Of a stretch of 64,000 nt of DNA, positions 60,864-64,000 are shown one piece after another. Below the pieces are notes generated by a model. The model saw nothing but the letters and a program-made list of their open reading frames with translations. It was not told the DNA's origin and ran no database searches. Positions within the stretch are counted from its first letter, which is position 1, and each line of letters begins with the position of its first letter. The translations under genes and the position numbers were made by a program. Origin of the DNA: Negativicutes bacterium (GTDB lineage: Bacteria > Bacillota > Negativicutes > UBA1444); NCBI GenBank assembly GCA_963665275.2, contig CAXXIN010000006.1, positions 1 through 64,000 on the forward strand, read 5' to 3'.

Positions 60864-61131
60864 TGTTACTCGTTGTATGACGGCTCAGCTCCCTCTCCCA
60901 CAAAAACATCCGCTTGTTCTAATTTAAGTATATAAGCGGACTTCCGCCTACGCAAGTCCGCACTTGCTCAAGGTAACAATTGTTTGCGATTTTTATCAGC
61001 ATTGTCGGTGTGAATTTTGGCTGATTTCTGGTAGACTATAACCATGGTTCGCAGTAACCTCAAAGGCTCGGAACATGTATCCCGGCAAAGGCCGGATCCC
61101 ATGACAGGATAGCTGGTTAGGGGAGCAGTGA

Positions 61132-64000
61132 ATGGATTTGTCTTTTTTAATCGGCATAGGGAATAATATCACCTTATTGCTGGCGCTTGGCTTTCTCTAT
61201 TCGGTATGCATCCGTCGCTGGGATGTCAAAACGATAAAAGGGAAACTCATCGCTGGCTTTTTGTTTGGCAGTGTGGCTATGATTGGCATGATCTTTCCCC
61301 TGCAATACGCACCTGGGCTTATTTTCGACGGGAGATCTATCCTCATCGGGATCATCGGTCTGTTCGGCGGTGGGATAGCGGCTTCTGTCGCGGTGCTGAT
61401 GACTGGAACCCTGCGCATCTGGCAGGGCGGCAGCGGTATGGGGATGGGGTTGGCGACCATTCTGTCCTCGGCTGCAATTGGTGTGCTCGCTCATATTCTA
61501 AGGCCTCGCTTCAAATGGCTGACGCAAGTGCTTCCGCTATTGGGGTTCGGTTTGGTGCTCCACCTTGCCATGTTGGGTTGTACCCTTTTTTTACCGGCGA
61601 ACCTTCGCGCAGGAGTGGTGGATGAATTAGTCGTGCCGCTACTGGTGCTCTATCCTCTGGCGACGATGCTGTACGGACGTCTGATCGTTGCCCTGGAAGA
61701 ACGGAATCAAACACAAGAAGAGCTTGTACGAAAAGTTGAGGAAAGAACGCAAGAGTTGCAGGCCCAGAACGAAGAGATCACGGCCTTGAATGAAGAAATG
61801 AACGCTCTTAACGAAGAGGCGGTATCACTCAATCAAACCCTCGGAGAAATGAATGAAGCCCTTGAACGCCGGGTTTCGGAAAGAACGGTTGATTTAACTT
61901 CTGCCCATCAGGAATTGACTGCGCAGTATGAAGAACTGGAAATGGCGCAGGAAAAGATGCGGCGCAGCGCTGAAATTCAGACGATATTGCGAAAAATTGC
62001 TGAAGCTGCAGTTCTGGAACGGTCGCTGGATGGACTTTACAAGAGAGTTCATCATCTGGTGGGGCGGGTCTTGCCGGCCAAAAATTTTTATATCGCTCTA
62101 TTGGATGCCCGCGCGAACGAATTTGTGTTTCCGTACCGTGTGGATGAAACGAGTACGATCCCCCTACGGAGAGTAGTGGGGAACGGCCTTTCAGATTATG
62201 TCATGCGGCAGTGCAGGGCTGTTTCCATCACGCCGGCGGAGCTGGCGCGACTGCGGGACCAAGGGGAGGTTCTGATCCGATTGGTCAATTACGACCAGTG
62301 GGTCGGAGCGCCCTTGATCGATTCCAAGGGGCAGGCATTTGGCTGCATGGCTTTGTTTTTGGTCGCTGAAGAAACCAGCTTGCTTCAATCGGAAGATCTG
62401 GACGTTCTCACCATTATCGCGGCGCAGGTCTCGCAAGCGATCGAGCGAAAACGGACGGAGGTCTTTTTGCGGGAAAGCGAAGAACGGTTCCGCCAAGCGA
62501 TGGAGTTCTCGGAGGTGGGGCTGGTTGACGTGGACCTTTTGCGCCAAACTATACTATTATCCTCCCATTGGCGACAGTCTCTTGCACTCCCTGGCGGAGA
62601 GGGGGAGCTATCGTGGGAGTCTTATTTGTCTCTGATTCACCCTGAAGACCGCGCGCGGCAGCAACAATCTCTTTTGTCGCATCTGAGCGGAGATGCGGCG
62701 ATGCATGAATCCGAGTATCGGCTGCGCTTGCCGGACGGCTCCTGGATATGGGTGCTGTCGCGAGCCAAAGCGATGCGGGATGCCGAGCAAGCTCCAGTTC
62801 GCCTGATTGGAACACTCGCGGATATTACCGAATTGAAGACGCGGGAAGGAAAGGAAAAGTTCAAGGCCGAACATGATGAGCTGACTGGACGCTATAATCG
62901 GCAGGGATTTTCGGCAAGAGTGACTGAGTTGTTGGCGATAGACCGCCGAGGCGCGCTGATGCTGATTGACATTGATGATTTCGAACTGATCAACGCCGTT
63001 CACGGGCGTGATATCGGAGATCAATGTTTGCTTGCGTTTGCTCAATTTCTACAAGACTCTTTTGGACAGGAGGCAATCGTGGCCCGCTTTGGCGGCGATG
63101 AATTCCTGCTATTTTTCCACGGAGATCACGATCTGCAGCAACCCAGACAAGTGTTTGGGTCCATGGAATCGGTTTGCCTGGAAACAAAAGCGGGTTCTTT
63201 TTTCGTTCAGATGAGCGCAGGGATATCTCTGTGTCCAATACATGGAGATCAACTGGATTTGCTGCTCCGACAGGCTGATTTGGCCCTCAGTCACGCAAAA
63301 AAGCAAGGGAAATGGTGCTGCAGGGTTTATGAACCCTCTTTGCAGCAAGTGTTCGGCCGTCGTCAAACCATCCGGGAAGAATTGAACAAAGCGATTGCGA
63401 ACCATGAATTTCACCTGGTTTATCAACCGATTTTCAACATTCAGACTGAACCGGAAACGGTTGCCGGCTATGAAGCTCTGCTTCGGTGGACGAGTCCTAC
63501 ACTGGGAGCCGTGTCTCCGGTAGAATTCATACCGGAAGCAGAAAACACCAATCTGATTCTGCCGATTGGAAGATGGGTGCTTGAGGAGGCTTGCCGTTTT
63601 TCTGCTGCTTGCCGACAGTCTGACGGCAAATTTGCCAACGTAGCGGTCAACGTATCCATGCGGCAAATGGCGCTGCCTTCTTTTGCCGGGCAAGTCAAAG
63701 AGGTTCTGCAGAGTTCGGGCGTGCCTGCGGGCGCATTGAACCTGGAAGTGACGGAAAGCGTTCTGATGTCGGATGTGGAAAAAAGCGTGTCGTGCCTGTC
63801 GGAGCTTCGAGATCTGGGCATCGACATTTCACTGGATGACTTCGGTACTGGCTATTCTTCTTTTACCTATTTGGCCAAGTTGCCCATTGCGACGCTGAAA
63901 ATCGATAAGACGCTGGTGGATGATCTAGCGGATGGAACGGAAAATAACAGTGTTCTACTACTTGAGACGCTGCTTAATATGTCGACTCTGCTGGGGTACA
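61132..64000 (+). CDS. Membrane 5TM-LytS / coiled-coil / GAF / PAS / GGDEF / EAL signalling protein (3' end outside window)
   Basis: ATG 61132 after GGGGAG; PGLIFDGRSI 5TM-LYT pattern; HDELTG; GGDEF at 63091 and DDFGTGYSS at 63835 are in the same frame as the ATG; absent from the ORF track because it has no stop. Confidence 0.9.
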   Translation, partial: MDLSFLIGIGNNITLLLALGFLYSVCIRRWDVKTIKGKLIAGFLFGSVAMIGMIFPLQYAPGLIFDGRSILIGIIGLFGGGIAASVAVLMTGTLRIWQGGSGMGMGLATILSSAAIGVLAHILRPRFKWLTQVLPLLGFGLVLHLAMLGCTLFLPANLRAGVVDELVVPLLVLYPLATMLYGRLIVALEERNQTQEELVRKVEERTQELQAQNEEITALNEEMNALNEEAVSLNQTLGEMNEALERRVSERTVDLTSAHQELTAQYEELEMAQEKMRRSAEIQTILRKIAEAAVLERSLDGLYKRVHHLVGRVLPAKNFYIALLDARANEFVFPYRVDETSTIPLRRVVGNGLSDYVMRQCRAVSITPAELARLRDQGEVLIRLVNYDQWVGAPLIDSKGQAFGCMALFLVAEETSLLQSEDLDVLTIIAAQVSQAIERKRTEVFLRESEERFRQAMEFSEVGLVDVDLLRQTILLSSHWRQSLALPGGEGELSWESYLSLIHPEDRARQQQSLLSHLSGDAAMHESEYRLRLPDGSWIWVLSRAKAMRDAEQAPVRLIGTLADITELKTREGKEKFKAEHDELTGRYNRQGFSARVTELLAIDRRGALMLIDIDDFELINAVHGRDIGDQCLLAFAQFLQDSFGQEAIVARFGGDEFLLFFHGDHDLQQPRQVFGSMESVCLETKAGSFFVQMSAGISLCPIHGDQLDLLLRQADLALSHAKKQGKWCCRVYEPSLQQVFGRRQTIREELNKAIANHEFHLVYQPIFNIQTEPETVAGYEALLRWTSPTLGAVSPVEFIPEAENTNLILPIGRWVLEEACRFSAACRQSDGKFANVAVNVSMRQMALPSFAGQVKEVLQSSGVPAGALNLEVTESVLMSDVEKSVSCLSELRDLGIDISLDDFGTGYSSFTYLAKLPIATLKIDKTLVDDLADGTENNSVLLLETLLNMSTLLGY

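Noticed and set aside
61040-61125. Small hairpins in the leader of the large GGDEF/EAL gene
   Set aside because: No match to a riboswitch consensus that I can support by eye.

Overview
Chromosomal window from an anaerobic Firmicute, probably Negativicutes/Sporomusaceae-like; this is inferred from gene content and style and is not proven. 0-6.4 kb holds a thiolase, a FabG/PhaB-like reductase, a CBS-PAS sigma-54 activator and pyruvate kinase, with many frameshifts that look like read errors. 6.4-19.6 kb holds housekeeping and redox genes, including a Bcp peroxiredoxin with an in-frame TGA at the catalytic Cys and a SECIS-like hairpin (probable selenoprotein). It also holds an IclR-linked lower meta-cleavage operon with no dioxygenase. 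19.6-36.9 kb is a decayed integrative element at tRNA-Leu(CAA) with an integrase, an ImmA-like protease and att-like repeats. Its cargo is two LysR-controlled organic-acid catabolic modules (DASS-amidohydrolase-PrpF-RraA-aconitase, and RraA-dehydrogenase-MFS) and an amidase with a small unannotated partner ORF. 36.9-49.2 kb is an accessory region with c-di-GMP genes, IS5 and IS256 remnants, a DUF2294-like gene and a MarR-HlyD-permease unit. 49.5-64 kb holds SulP-DUF2252-ppk2, a yitT gene bracketed by a 21-bp inverted copy of its own start, an ArsR/CoA-disulfide-reductase fusion locus, a split D-glutamate-cyclase-like pair, an HD-GYP gene and a large membrane GGDEF/EAL gene running off the end. 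No CRISPR array or rRNA was seen. All family calls come from motif recognition by eye; no database searches were run.
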